Below, piece by piece: positions 35,039 to 48,186 of a DNA stretch of 64,000 nucleotides (positions are counted from its first letter, which is position 1; the number at the start of each line of letters is the position of its first letter). The DNA comes from Zootoca vivipara (taxonomy: Eukaryota). The notes beneath the pieces were generated by a model. That model ran no database searches, was not told the origin of the DNA, and was given only the letters and a program-made list of their open reading frames with translations. The stretch is taken from positions 34,348,001-34,412,000 of the forward strand of contig NC_083279.1 in assembly GCF_963506605.1 (NCBI RefSeq). The letters are read 5' to 3'. Made by a program: the position numbers and the translations under genes.

Positions 35039-38000
35039 CTCTAAATAATATCAGCAACAGAAACTGGCCTTGTTAAAGCAAGTGATTGGATCACACTTTT
35101 TGATATTAGATGCCGAAATCATGGGCATAACTTATACTGGTTTAACACCCTGGGCTAAGGGTGAAATCCTATGCACACTCACCTGGGAGCAAGTCTCATT
35201 GAACTGTGAGTAGATATGCACAGAATTGCACTGTTAATTTCCTTTAAAGTTATATTAGGTTAGTGGCAATCATGCAGCATTGCGTGAACAGTACTTTTTT
35301 CTCAATTAGTCACCGCCACTATTTATTTATTTTTTAAAGCTTTGGATTAATCTAATCAATTTAAGCATGCACTCATTACCAGTACAACCCTATAACCACT
35401 TACATATAGCATTTCTTATTTCACTAAACTTCTCAAGCTGCTCTATTTCTGGTGGAAATGAAACAAACAAACAAACAAACAACAAACAACTTCTTGCAAA
35501 GCATAAATGGAAGCAAACTTTATAATACTGGTGAAACCTCCCCCTTAATAATAATAAAAAACTCCTGATCTATTCTTCTGCTCCACTCAAAATGTGTTAC
35601 AATTCCATTCCTGCAGATGCATACACAGTGACAAAAACAAATCCTTTGGAACAGGCAATGTCAAATTCTGAAAGGTTGGTAGAGTTAATTTTTTTTACAG
35701 TTCACAACACAACTGATCCTGGAAAGACCTTATAATGTCAACAGAAGGCCAGCATTTGAACATCTGTACTGAGTATTTGTGATCTGGGTGTTCAAGAACA
35801 GCAGTATAGTTAAGAGAGTTTGCCAATTAATGTCATCTGGTGCTCTGTACCAAAACTGCAAATCAGGCGGAAGCTCTGGAAATAGTAATGAAAACGTTAT
35901 TGTGTGGTGTATTTATTAAGAAACACAAAAAGAGTAGCAAACATTGTTGTTTTGTCAGGCTATGCAAGCTTTTAATATCTCTAGTCATTCAGACTTTCAA
36001 TTGAGATTTATTAACCTGTCAAAACAAAAAGCAATTTTAGAACATACACAATTGCAGTTCATTTTAGCACATTTATTGCTCTATAAACAGTACATCCAGT
36101 CTTGTCTTTTAAGAGGGCTAAACTCAGGTTTCTCTTTTTGAAACAAGCAATTTCTATAATAGGAAAGTTTTGAGGGGGATGGCAAACACAAAAGCAATGC
36201 AATGCACAAGGTACATATTAAAATAAATTGAATTATATTTTCCAGAATTTATAATACAGCATCAACTCTGATTTTAGAGGCCTGCTTTCAGGGCATAATA
36301 ACAACAAAATCCTAAACATACCTACTTGGAAGAGAAATCAATAGAACTAGGGAATCTGTGTCATATAACTTTCAGAGTATGGGGAAAAGCCAAGCGATAG
36401 CAATTCTTACATCACAGAAGCAACCCAAGTTCTTGCTTCTATGTAAGCATGCACAGCATTGAGGCTAAAGTGATATATTGAAAAAGGTACCCGTAGGCCA
36501 TCCCTAGGTCATCATGCAGCAATTAAAGAACATCATACACAGTATTTTGAATACTTAACATGGATATCTATTATATTGAAGTACAGGCATTCCTTGTTCT
36601 TCCAACACCTGCTCTGCTCCTAAAGCTACTATTCTTATACACCAAGGTTTTGTTCTGTACCGACACCAAAATCCTTTTATTAGAATATAAAACTTTCACA
36701 GATGAATTTCTTCATCCTTGGAGTGACATTGAGCCTGAAGCGCTTTCCCAGTAATCGCTTTACGCAAAGCCAAAAAATCACATACTAGTCTCGCATGGTG
36801 AATCGAAGGATCAGTCATAGCAATTGCTTCTGTTTTTAACAACTGGGCGAAAGAGGAACTTTAGATCTTTTAAAAACTGTTTTGAGAAACAACACTTTCC
36901 TTGCTCAAAAACATTTAAGGTGGTTTAAACCATTTCACATCTCTCTTCCTCCTTGTGTGTATCTTAACAACTCTGCTAGGAAAGGAACAGTTCGATAGAA
37001 TTTTAGAAAAAATTACTGGGTATCTAAAATACACAACACAAATATGACCCAGCATAACCGAAATCCACCTATTTTTGCTTGTTTCAATAACCAACATTTT
37101 TGGGTTGCCACCCATCCAGCCCCCACTGGAATGCATATATTTGCTGACTGAGAGAGGTCTATTATGCTCTGTGATACTTAGAGGGGTGTTTTTCATATTC
37201 TGCTGGGCTTTGGGGCAGGTGACAGCTGCACTTCTGTTAGCTCCAAAGCACAGCATGACATAAGGCAATTCAGGGAGTCAACAGGCCAGGGCAAGGTAGA
37301 GGCTTTCTATTTGCAAATAGAAATCTTGCAAATATTCGTTGAGGCATTTTGTAATTTCACCTTCCTCCAAAAGGAGCTAAAGTAATAGGTTGTGCACAGC
37401 TCCCCGCTGCAACAATCCATCTCATGGCTCCAACAGTTCAGTGGGGGGGGTTAACCCACCCTGCGTTGGCCTGGGAACCAACCCCACCCTGGACCCTGTT
37501 CCTTGTATCTCCTCCAACCCTCCCAACCAAGATCAGGGTGCCTCCCTGCTCAGAATCGACCTTCTGCTCAACAGCTGCAGAGGAAAATAACGTGTAAATT
37601 TTCAGAAGAATGTGTTCTACTCAACCGGCACCAAAAGTCACAACTAAGCCCAAAGCTAATTTGACCCAAGGGGATATAGAGGCATGTGACACAGAGGCGG
37701 GAGACTTGATTATCTAGCATTTTCCAAACAAACAGTAGAACTAGGAAAAAAAGAAAGAACACAGAACAGACAAGAACAAGTTGATACTTTAACATCCCTT
37801 CCCCAAAGGTCTATGGTGGGAAAGTTCAAGATATGATCCCTTCAATTAGATGCTAGGTTACTAAAAAGCACTCCCTCACTCTTGTGTTTTCCTTATAAAG
37901 TAAGATTGAAAAATGTTTCAGTTTTTCACGATACGCAGCATTTTTTGAAACATACAGATCTCTGCGGCACTTTGCCTCAAGATCCCACTTCAGCTCAGAT

Positions 38001-38642
38001 AAGCCCCAAATCTTTCCTAAGTGGCCCTGCTTCAGTTCTTGATTTGGGATTTGTACAAACATTTTGCATATACAACTATACAGATCCAGATATTTATGTA
38101 TCCATCTATATACAAACACAAAAACTGAATGATGGATAAGAATGCAAGCGGAATAAAGTAGGGTTTAGGCTTGGTGAAGGGGGCTCCAATCCTGAATTCC
38201 AGTTATTTGGATTAAACCCCATTGAATTCAATAGGATTTAGGTCTGCATAGAAATGGTCAAAATCGTGCTGCTATTTATTTCTTTATATTTAGAACTCAT
38301 CTAACACAAAAGAATTATTTGGGTGGGAAAACCAATGCCTCTACACTGTAAGCAAAACTAAATAAAGCTTAATATAATTTAAAATCCATGATATTTATTC
38401 CCTGATTTAACCCTGGCCAAACAAGCAGGTTTCTCTAGCTTGGATTTTGGTGGCCCCAGAATAGGAGGAGGTTCCATAACTGGGGACCAAAACACATTTC
38501 TTATGGTATTTCTGCTTGAATCTGCTTCATAGATAATAGTATTAAGGTGAAGGGTTTGATGGATCAGGTATTATTATACAAATAGGAACAAGGAAAATCT
38601 CTGGGCTCTTCAGTGATTATTATTACAACTATTCAAATTATT

Positions 38643-38996
38643 GGGGACGCGGGTGGCGCTGTGGGTTAAACCACTGAGCCTAGGGCTTGCCGATCAGAAG
38701 TTTGACGGTTCAAATCCCTGTGACAGGGTGAGCTCCCGTTGCTCGGTCCCAGCTCCTGCCAACCTAGCAGTTTGAAAGCACGTCAAAGTGCAAGTAGATA
38801 AATAGGTACTGCTACAGCAGGAAGGTAAACGGCGTTTCCGTGTGCTGCTCTGGTTCGCCAGAAGCGGCTTTGTCATGCTGGCCACATGACCTGGAAGCTG
38901 TATGCCAGCTCCCTTGGCCAATAACGCGGGATGAGCGCCGCAACCCCAGAGATGGTCACGACTGGACCTAATGGTCAGGGGTCCCTTTACCTTTAC
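38643..38996 (+). mobile_element. Sauria SINE, full length
   Basis: gggacgcgggtggcgctgtgggttaaacc head, (ACCTTT)n-type tail; 13-bp TSD TATTCAAATTATT (38630-38642 / 38998-39010). Confidence 0.92.
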
Positions 38997-39070
38997 TTAT
39001 TCAAATTATTATTGTTATTATTATTATACAAAGCCCATTGTGAAAAAATTTCAGGTTTTTCCCATATATA

Positions 39071-39375
39071 CAGTCATACCTCGGTTTAAGTACACTTCGG
39101 TTTGAGTATTTTCAGTTTAAGTACTCCGCGGACCCGTCTGGAACGGATTAATCTACTTTCTATTACTTTCCATAGGAAAGTTCGCTTCAGGTTAAGTATG
39201 GCCTTCCGGAACCAATTACTGTAATACCTCGGGTTAAGTACGCTTCAGGTTGAGTACTCTGCGGACCTGTCTAGAACGGATTAATCCACTTTCCATTACT
39301 TTCAATGGGAAAGTTTGCTTCAGGTTAAGTACGGACTTCTGGAACCAATTAAGCACTTAAACCGAGGTACCACTG
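39071..39375. mobile_element. Tc1/mariner-type MITE, dimeric form
   Basis: cagtcatacctcggtttaagt ... acttaaaccgaggtaccactg; TA TSD; two core units. Confidence 0.88.
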
Positions 39376-41252
39376 TACAGTACATAACAAAGAGAATTTC
39401 CCAGGTTTCATAAAACTGAAGCCTAGGATGCATTTGGCCGTCAAACAGTACTTTATAAACTACAATTTACAATCAGCTTATAATTGCACTATATTCATGG
39501 CTGCTGTCTACTGAACTAATATAAGATAAGATACTTTGCCCTCTTTACGCAATAAATAGTTTGTTAGTGTTAATAAACTATACCGTGTATGCGGCTTTGT
39601 TGCCAACTGAGAGACAGTAATATAGAACAAAAATAATAAATATAGCCTTGGCACCTCATAAACTGCAAACAAGTAAGAGAGAAACATGGAAACCCAAATA
39701 TCAGGATACTTTTAAAAGCAAGTTCTTGCAATATGAAATTGCTTTATTTTTTTAACAAAAGGATCTTAAAATAAAGGCTACAGCAACAAAACAAAATGCA
39801 TTTGGCCTTTCTAAGTTTTCTGCAGACCCCTCTGGAATAATAAATTAAGAGAACAATAAAAATAATGCTTACAGAGCAATTCCTTGTTTTAGTCGGCCTT
39901 TGTTCCAAACCTGTGGAGATGCGCAGTTATGACAAGCATTGGGGCAATTAAAAAAGCAACTTCAACTATAGAGGGAAGATCAATACCCTGAATCTTTTTA
40001 AGAAGAGGATTAATTCATTGCTTGCCACAACCCAGAACACCTCTTAAAACATTTTATGAGAGAATTCCAGTAAATTAAATCTAACTATTCAATGATTGTT
40101 CTGTTGGCAGTGCCAGAAGTGCTAAGGGCCTTGGAAAGAGGAAAAACACAACTCAGTGAGTAGTTTATCATGAAATAAAGTTTTTTTTCTTTTTTCTTTG
40201 CTTTCCCCAACCTCTCTCCACAGCTTCCTATGGATAATATGTGATAATACATGTAATGAGCTCCTTAAAACAATTACCGGTAGTAGCATCTCTCCAGTGA
40301 CCTGCTAATCTGAATATAATGTTTTTTACCAACCACTGCATGCCTTCACACCCACATCACGTAGAGGGGGAAGAGGGTTATAAAATGTGATTTAGTATTC
40401 TGCCTCATATTTCATCAAGTCCCTTACCAGCTGCTTGATATATTATCAAGACGAGCGCAAGTTCATTCTCCCCCCCCCCTTGACTGGGGCACCCCAAAGA
40501 ATATAAGCAAATTGTAACTCTTTCCTTACATCACCAGTAGCGCCTAAAAGAATGGCAATGTTGACCATATTTTTGCTTTAACAATGGCTGACGTATTGTG
40601 GATATATAACAGAACCTAGGCCAATGGTTAAATTGCTTTCAATACAGGCAATATCTCACCCCACCACTCAAATAAATAAAAAAGCAGGCCAGCTGGAGGT
40701 GAGGAATTTTGTAGCTGAAAGTCTTATAATTGAAATAAATTGCAAATGCCTCCAGAGTCAATTTAGAACAGGGTGGTCCAACACATGGCCCTTGAGACCT
40801 TTTTTTGGTGGCCCTTGGCAACATTTGATGCCCTCACGTTGTCTTCCCAAGCTGGGAAAGCGAACTGCTGGGCTTTGGGAGTGAGGCATGAGCAGTAAAA
40901 ATGATGATGAGTGCAAGCTTTAAAACACAAGCCAATGCCAGGTACAAAGATAACTTACAAAGCTTTGAATAACTCTTCTGTTGGGCATTTGGTTGTGTAA
41001 TGTGGCATTGCATTAGAAAAGGGAAATAGTCTCAAACTGGGGAGAGAAACTTTGCACTGACAGCTCAAAACTGGTAGGTTTTTTTTTCCTCCAAGGGGAA
41101 GAGACATGGGGCTCTCATATCAATTCCCTATAGGTGAAAAAACCGCTTGAGGTGGGAAATTTTAAGTTGAAAAGGGACACAAAATGGTTCAAAAGCCATT
41201 TTCTTCAGCTCATACACAGCACATCCCCAGGTTGCTTTGGGTTGGAGTAGAG

Positions 41253-41687
41253 CAGGGGTCCCCAGACTTACCGGCGTTTGGGCCGGTTCCCACCGCGCCG
41301 ATAGTGCGGCGGGCCGGAGGGCGGGGGAGCGCGTGCCTGTGCGGGCCGGCGGGCGGGGGAGTGCGCGCCCGTGCGCATGCGCATGAGCGCTTACTGGCGC
41401 GGCGGCGCGCTTCCAGGGGGGGGAAGCGCTGAAAATCCGTTGTGCGCATGTGCGTGGGCCTCCCCCGACCCGGAAGTGCACCAGAAATGACTTCTTCCGG
41501 GTCGGGAGAGGCCCATACGCATGCACACAAAGGATTTTCGGCTCTTTTTCCCCAACCCGGAAGAGTGCTGTCGCACTGCGCACCGTAAGAGCGGGCGGCA
41601 GCGGCGGGCGGCGGGGGTCGTCGCGGGCCAGATTGGCAGGCTAATTGGGCCGCATCCGGCCCCCGGGCCGTAGTCTGGGGACCCCTG
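41253..41687. mobile_element. Young CpG-rich hAT-type MITE
   Basis: TIRs caggggtccccagact / agtctggggacccctg; perfect 8-bp TSD GAGTAGAG (41245-41252 / 41688-41695). Confidence 0.95.
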
Positions 41688-42248
41688 GAGTAGAGAATCC
41701 AGAACTCTGATATTCATGTGGTTTAAGCCAAAGTGCCTCAATTCTTATCTTTAAAATGGGAACGAATACAACAAATTCTACAGTTTTATGCTGAATATGA
41801 ATAAGGTAAAAATAGGGAAGGAGCATATGAAAATGCAGTTTTCTGCTCTGCTACCAAGTTAGACAACTGCTTCTTCCTTGCAGTACCCTGCATTAGGTTT
41901 ACGATTTGCCAGTCTCTGCTAATTCTTGGTACTCAATAGTGATAAGCTCTTGTGAAACTGAGGCAGTGAAAAATATTGGAGGAAAACAATCCATATTAAA
42001 AAATGAAGCCTTGCACTCGATTTAAAATTTAAAGTGGGAAATGTAATTGTCAGGAAGTTTTAATGGATACAACCAATGGGAGTTGCATTAGGGCAGCACA
42101 AATTAGCCCATTATACACAGCTTGGAAACCATGCATACGGAGGCATATAAATTTAAAGGTTTGGAATGGAGAACATACCTGCAAAATTAAGACATTTATT
42201 TAGTGCCAACTTGCATTCAACAGTTCAGTTCAGCTCTCTGATCTAATG

Positions 42249-42370
42249 CAGAGTTTCCCAAACTTGGGTCTCCAGCTGTTCTCATCATCCCTAACCACTG
42301 GTTCTGCTAGCTAGAGAGGGTGGGAGTTGTGGTCCAAAAACAAATGTAGATCCAAGTTTGGGAAACGCTA
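42249..42370. mobile_element. hAT-type MITE
   Basis: gtttcccaaacttgg / ccaagtttgggaaac arms; 8-bp TSD (A/G)TCTAATG. Confidence 0.82.
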
Positions 42371-43269
42371 GTCTAATGCAATCTATTCAAGGGATTATAT
42401 AAATACCGGTAAGTAAAAATGAGTTTTAGACTTAAGCTTCATACGGTTTCAAGCACTAGGCTCCCTTGTTCTAGCTATAAGTAAAAAGCCCCAAACCAGG
42501 GACAACACTTGCCTAGAAAGGGTTGAGGAGACATGATTCAACATATTGAACTAGTGGTAGCCAGCCTGGTGCCCTCTAGATACTGTATTACACACACATA
42601 CCCCAATACCTGGCTACCAGCCCCACTGGTAAGGGACTGATGTGATTTTAGAGTCCACTGCTGAGACCATCACATTGCCTTCAGCCAACTGAAACCCACT
42701 GTAGAACACAAATTTAGTATCTATCACTTAACCAGTCACAAATGCTTCAAAAAGTTACAGCTAATAAAGTTGTTGCCTGTTTGAAAACCCAATTTTGTAT
42801 TTTACTTCTTTACTACTGGGGTTCAGGAGGGAAATGTCTTTACTTTGTTTCAGATACAGGACATACAGAAATAATGTCATGTTCAACACTCAAAACAAAA
42901 ACATCATGAAACGTGTTACAAAATGTCCTATTCTGAACATTTAGAAGAGATTACTTGCACTCATACACAAGATCTCAAATGTTGCAGGTGGAAAAGTCTG
43001 TGTCCAAACAGCACCTAGGTTTATAAATATATTGGACACACTTAAAACACTCCTGTTCATTTGTAGTGTACAGCAGCAAATCGATACGCATTTGCATTGC
43101 AAACCATTATATACAATGAAGAAACATAATCTTTGCCCATACTTTCCCACTTGTTTTTTATAGTTGCTATCAAATCTCACATAGAACTTACTATATTATA
43201 TAAAAAATGAAAATCAAAGCATGACCTGGGATTATAGACTGCCGCTTTTATTACTATGATTATTCCTAC

Positions 43270-43499
43270 CTTTTCTGGAGGCGGAGGAGGGTTAAATCTC
43301 TTTGCACAGACTAAAAACACATCAGGCTGTGGCTTGCCAGCCTTCACTTCAGGGTCATCTCCCAACACAATATGATGAAATAAATTAAAGAAGTCTTTGT
43401 GTCGACTTGTTTTCATTTCAAATGTCACCTGAGATGAGCTGGTGGCAACAGCTATGGGTATGTTGTGTTGATGTAGATGGCGGATTAGTTTTTCAACAC
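43270..43499 (-). CDS. PUDP: PUDP/HDHD1 coding exon 3 (230 bp)
   Basis: Acceptor ttttttcctgtttcacAG; (G)[76 protein letters not shown] with HAD motif II (ATSS) and III (GKPxP); donor AAG|GTAGGA. Confidence 0.97.
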
Positions 43500-43727
43500 C
43501 TGTGAAACAGGAAAAAAAATATATATGAAAGTGTTAAAATGCACTTGTTTGAGAAAAAAGAGAGGAGCTAGATTTACTGGAGTTCTTCACCCTACCTGCT
43601 GAACTTGATTTAGTTAGTTCTCTTTCCTGCCTCCGCCAAAAGATTAATGGTTGATAATAGACCTATTTGGGTGTTTGTACCTTGTGTGGGATGGTTTTCG
43701 TTGCTGCCTCCTATATATCTCTGTATA

Positions 43728-44073
43728 ACTCTTGAGAGTCTCATGGACTGCAAGAAGACCAAACCTATCCATTCCAAAGTAAATCAGCCCTGAGTGCTCA
43801 CTGGAAGGACAGATCCTGAAGCTGAAGCTCCAATACTTTGGCCACCTCATGAGAAGAGAAGACTCCCTGGAAAAGACCCTGATGTTGGGAATGATTGAGG
43901 GCACAAGGAGAAGGGGACGACAGAGAACAAGATGGTTGGACAGTGTTCTCAAAGCTACCAACATGAGTCTGACCAAACTGCAGGAGGCAGTGCAAGACAG
44001 GAGTGCCTGGCGTGCTATGGTCCATGGGGTCACGAAGAGTCGGACACGACTAAACGACTAAATAACAACAACA
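43728..44073 (+). mobile_element. BovB 3' fragment
   Basis: MRREDSLEKTLMLG..VTKSRTRLND*; (CAA)n tail; near-identical to 7989-8329. Confidence 0.95.
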
Positions 44074-44715
44074 AGAACTACAATTACCAGTACCCTTAAC
44101 ATATGCATTAAATGTGTATTGGATGTGGTTTCAATGTATGGTGTGGATCTACCTTTCTTTGCAGGGAAGAGTGGGATTGAAATAAGTAACAAAATGTTCT
44201 TTTGTCTTCGGCTTTTTGTCCTTAAGAACACTTGCCTCTAAGTAAGTTCTGTTGAAATAAATAAAACTTATGGCCAGATAAACACGCTCAGAATCCCAAC
44301 AGTTCAGTAGCTTCCCCTTCTTGTCTTCCCGCGTGACCTGCATTAAATTATTATTATTTTCTGCACACATACGCAGCAGCCAAATCTTTCACACTGCTCT
44401 TAGGAGGTCATCCTTCACAGCTGGTAGCAGAACATCGTTAAAATGAAACAAAAGCAAAGAGTAGCCTTTGTCATTTCCAACTGTTAGTAGACTTTGTTAC
44501 CTTGGTGCTGCCATGTCTTTTCTAGAGCTGTTACCCAATAAGCAACAAGGTGAACTTTGTGATTTCTTTAAAAATGTACACTCAAGATTTGTCCTTCTCA
44601 GCTGTAACACCACCATTTTTTATCTGAGAAATTCTCTCCCTATTAGTATTTGGTAACTTCAGCTACGTCCCCCTTCCCTTATTCAATGGAAGTTTGATAT
44701 GAACTATGTTAAGAC

Positions 44716-44801
44716 TTAGAATCAAAGAGTTGGAAAAGACCACAAGGGCCATCCAGTCCAACCCCCTGCCAAGCAGGCAACACCATCAAAGCATTCTTGA
44801 C
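44716..44801 (-). mobile_element. CR1 3' end micro-insertion
   Basis: agaatcaaagagttggaaaagaccacaagggccatccagtccaaccccctgcc; flanked by 9-bp direct repeat ATGTTAAGA (44706-44714 / 44815-44823). Confidence 0.85.
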
Positions 44802-44819
44802 TTGATGCTTTTGAATGTT

Positions 44820-45203
44820 AAGAATTGATGCTTTTGAATTATGGTGCTGGAGGAGACTCTTGAGAGTCCCATGGACTGCAAGAAGATCAAACCTATCCAT
44901 TCTGAAGGAAATCAGCCCTGAGTGGTCACTGGAAGGACAGATCCTGAAGCTGAAGCTCCAATACTTTGGCCACCTCATGAGAAGACTCCCTGGAAAAGAC
45001 CCTGATGTTGGGAATGATTGAGGGCACAAGGAGAAGGGGACGACAGAGGACAAGATGGTTGGATAGCATTCTCGAAGCTACCAACATGAGTCTGACCAAA
45101 CTGCAGGAGGCAGTGCAAGACAGGAGTGCCTGGCGTGCTATGGTCCATGGGGTCACGAAGAGTCAGATATGATTAAATGATTAAATGACTAAATGACAAC
45201 AAC
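44820..45203 (+). mobile_element. BovB 3' fragment
   Basis: RIDAFELWCWRRLLRVPWTARRSN..; 5-nt frameshifting deletion near 44980; decayed tail. Confidence 0.95.
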
Positions 45204-47892
45204 CTTGTGTGGATTTTAACTGTGTGAGGGGGAATATGTGGCTGCACCTTCTGCCACTGACGTTACATCCTCACTGGCTGCACCACCCATCACCCATTTA
45301 TTTTAGTCCTTGTCCATAGAAGTTCCATCTCTCTAGTCTTGCATAGGCTTCAAAAATTAGTTCTGCAGTCCCTAGGGCTGCTAGTGGTGGAAAAATGCCC
45401 CCTCCACAGAAAGAATCCTGTTGCCCTAACAGGTCCTTGGTGGTGGGCTACATTTCTCATACATCAGTTAATCCCTGTCTAAGTCAATGGAGAGTCTGTC
45501 TCAATAAACTTGCACAAGGGGAGGGAGTTTGTAGCCCAAAAATTGGTGGAGCAAATGCCCCCAGGGACCTTTAAAGCAACAGAAATCTTCATCCCTACAA
45601 GCTGATTTCAGCACTATAGTATCTCTTCTGTTTAGCAAGTAGAAATACACAGTACAGATGAACTGAATCTGAACTTTTTTTAAAAAAAAGGTGATGATTT
45701 TTTATATGAAAAAAGAAATAGCAAAAACAATTTTTAATATGAAACATGAAAGTAAAAAAAAGGAAAGTTTTCTACTGTATATCCCCGCAGGTATATAGAA
45801 ACCACGGAGTGCATCATACTACATAAAATCAAGATCGTATGCAGAGAAAACATCTGTAGAATAAGAGGAACTGTGCTGTAATACATGAACTTCTGGCCAA
45901 AAAACAAACAAATAAATAAATAAAAGGAAGGGAAGTAATGCATATTTAGTAGGTCTGATGTAGTTAATTAAGCTGAAAGGATCAAAATTAAACCTCAAGA
46001 ACTTTAAACAACAATTAGTCCCATGCCAAATTTAGAACTCTGATCAGATGTATTTTTAAAAAAAATCCTGACAGAATTGAAGTATTTCTCATGGGACAAT
46101 AGAAGCTTTCAGAAAGGAATAATTCAGCATTTTCCATTTGACAGCTCTGAAAAATACATAAAATAACACAAATTAAACTTTTCTTGTGGCTTTATTTTGC
46201 CCCTGGTGCTTCTGCTCTTTCTAGTCTACTGTAACTCAAGTAGCAGCAATTATTTTGGTGAGAATGATTCTCTTATTTACATATTTTGCTTTCCACAATG
46301 TATTTGCATTTATCCTCTGATATTAAGGATACATATGGGGCTCCTCAATTCAATGGGGCTTTCTTTTGATTTGGAATGCACAGCATTACACTGCAAAGCA
46401 TGCACAAAAAATGTGTGTTCATTTATGTATTATTTCCATATATAGAGCTTGCAACCTGAAGATCTCGAAGCGGTTCGCAATAGATAAAATACATATATAA
46501 ACACAGTACGTACAATAAAAACCGTGTCAAATTATTCACATAAAAACTGAAATAGAACCATATACATAAACACAGTATCACTATGAGGTCGAAGAGCTTT
46601 ACACAGCAGCAAAATGTAAAATTCCAACAAACCAACTTTTCGCACAACCACTCACTCAATCTCATTCACCACTACTTTTGCACAACCACTACAATCATCC
46701 ACTGCTTCATACATTATCTCTGTCAACCAGCCAGTACATACATATACCACTTGTACTCAACAATATGACATAAAAAAATATTGAAATGTTAATATTATAA
46801 GCTTTTTTCTAGCAACTGGTTTGTCTTTGTTTTCAATGCTGCAGTGTATACCAGTATGCTTTCTGGGGGCCTCCAAAACAGCAAAGTAAGTTTAAATCCA
46901 ATTGCAAGTCTTGACAGTAGAAAATTCAGGTCCCTTTTGTTTAAAAAGGAGGGGGGGATGTTTAGGAGGCATTTCACCCTCTCTGCAGACTATAATTAAT
47001 GCAGTGACACTTTACAGAGGTCATTAAACTTCCTTGCCAAGTGTTATCCTTTTATTCAAAAAAGTGATAGTTTAGCAAATGTTTACCAGTCTTTCCACTT
47101 GGGACTTTGCAAACCCAGGTGAACGGATAAAAGAATTACTACATAAAGCCTCAGGATACATACATGAAAAATGAAGCAGTCTGCACATCACTTAGAATTT
47201 AATTAAACACTTTAAAACCCCTCCACCTTTTTTCCTTGTCAAGCGGGTCTCTGTTAAACATTGAAGATATTTTCAAATACTGTGGTATCTGTGAAGCTGA
47301 TTAACTGATTAATGCCAGGGTGGGTTGATTTAAATCATGCCCTTTTCAATAAATGATTCAAGTCAATATTATTTTTCAACCAAGTATGGATACTAATTAG
47401 CTCCTGTAGCAATTTTAGAATACTGGCATGCAACTAAATATATCCTGAATACTACCTAGGAATATAATGCAGAACTTTAATCATACAGCCTCATGTGCCT
47501 TTTGCACTACAAACATGGATAGTTGGGGGCAGCTGAATTCTGAAATGAGTGGATTTCTGAGCAAATCTAGGAGCATGCAAGTGCCAAGAGAATGGGCTTG
47601 TAGTTATTGGGCATAACATTAGATCAACAATCAATAGCTGCCTTGTTTGCTTAGCAGTCACAAATAATCAAAACTCATCTATTTGCATTGATCTTCCAGG
47701 TTTCTCATTCATTTACTTAAAAAAACCTGCTTTTGACCAACTTTGTTTTCTAATGTGTGAATGATTCAAACTAGAGTTCAACATGTTTCCATTACTTTTA
47801 AATTTCACTGCCGGAGTGAGGGGGCACACAGTGGGGTTCTTTAAGAAGGAAAGCAGGTTTGGTTTGGTTTCTACAAAAGCAATTCTGATTTC

Positions 47893-48186
47893 CAGTGCCG
47901 GATTTATGTACTGTATAAATTAAACAAGCTAATAGCTTAGGGCCTCACTCTTGGGTGCCCCCCCCCAAAAAAATTAATATTAATATATTTCTTCTTAATT
48001 GTATTTCAGTTCAACAATTACTTTGATAAAATACATATTTTGTTAGGTGCAACGGCATTTAGATATCTATAAGGTCCATAAATTACCATATAGCATATGT
48101 TCAACACAAAAAACAGTGACAATTTGTTGTTGACAAAGGACAGCTGGACATATAAAGGGCTCCATTACCTTCAGTAGCTCAGGGCC
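47893..48186. mobile_element. hAT-type non-autonomous element, 3' end truncated
   Basis: cagtgccggattta..aaacaagct..tagcttagggcc start and aagggctccattaccttcagtagctcagggcc subterminal region resemble a recalled lacertid MITE. Confidence 0.65.

Noticed and set aside
41128-41826. Cluster of overlapping ORFs / CpG-island gene start
   Set aside because: ORFs arise from GC-rich, stop-poor sequence inside a hAT MITE bounded by TIRs and an 8-bp TSD; same for 20599-20991.
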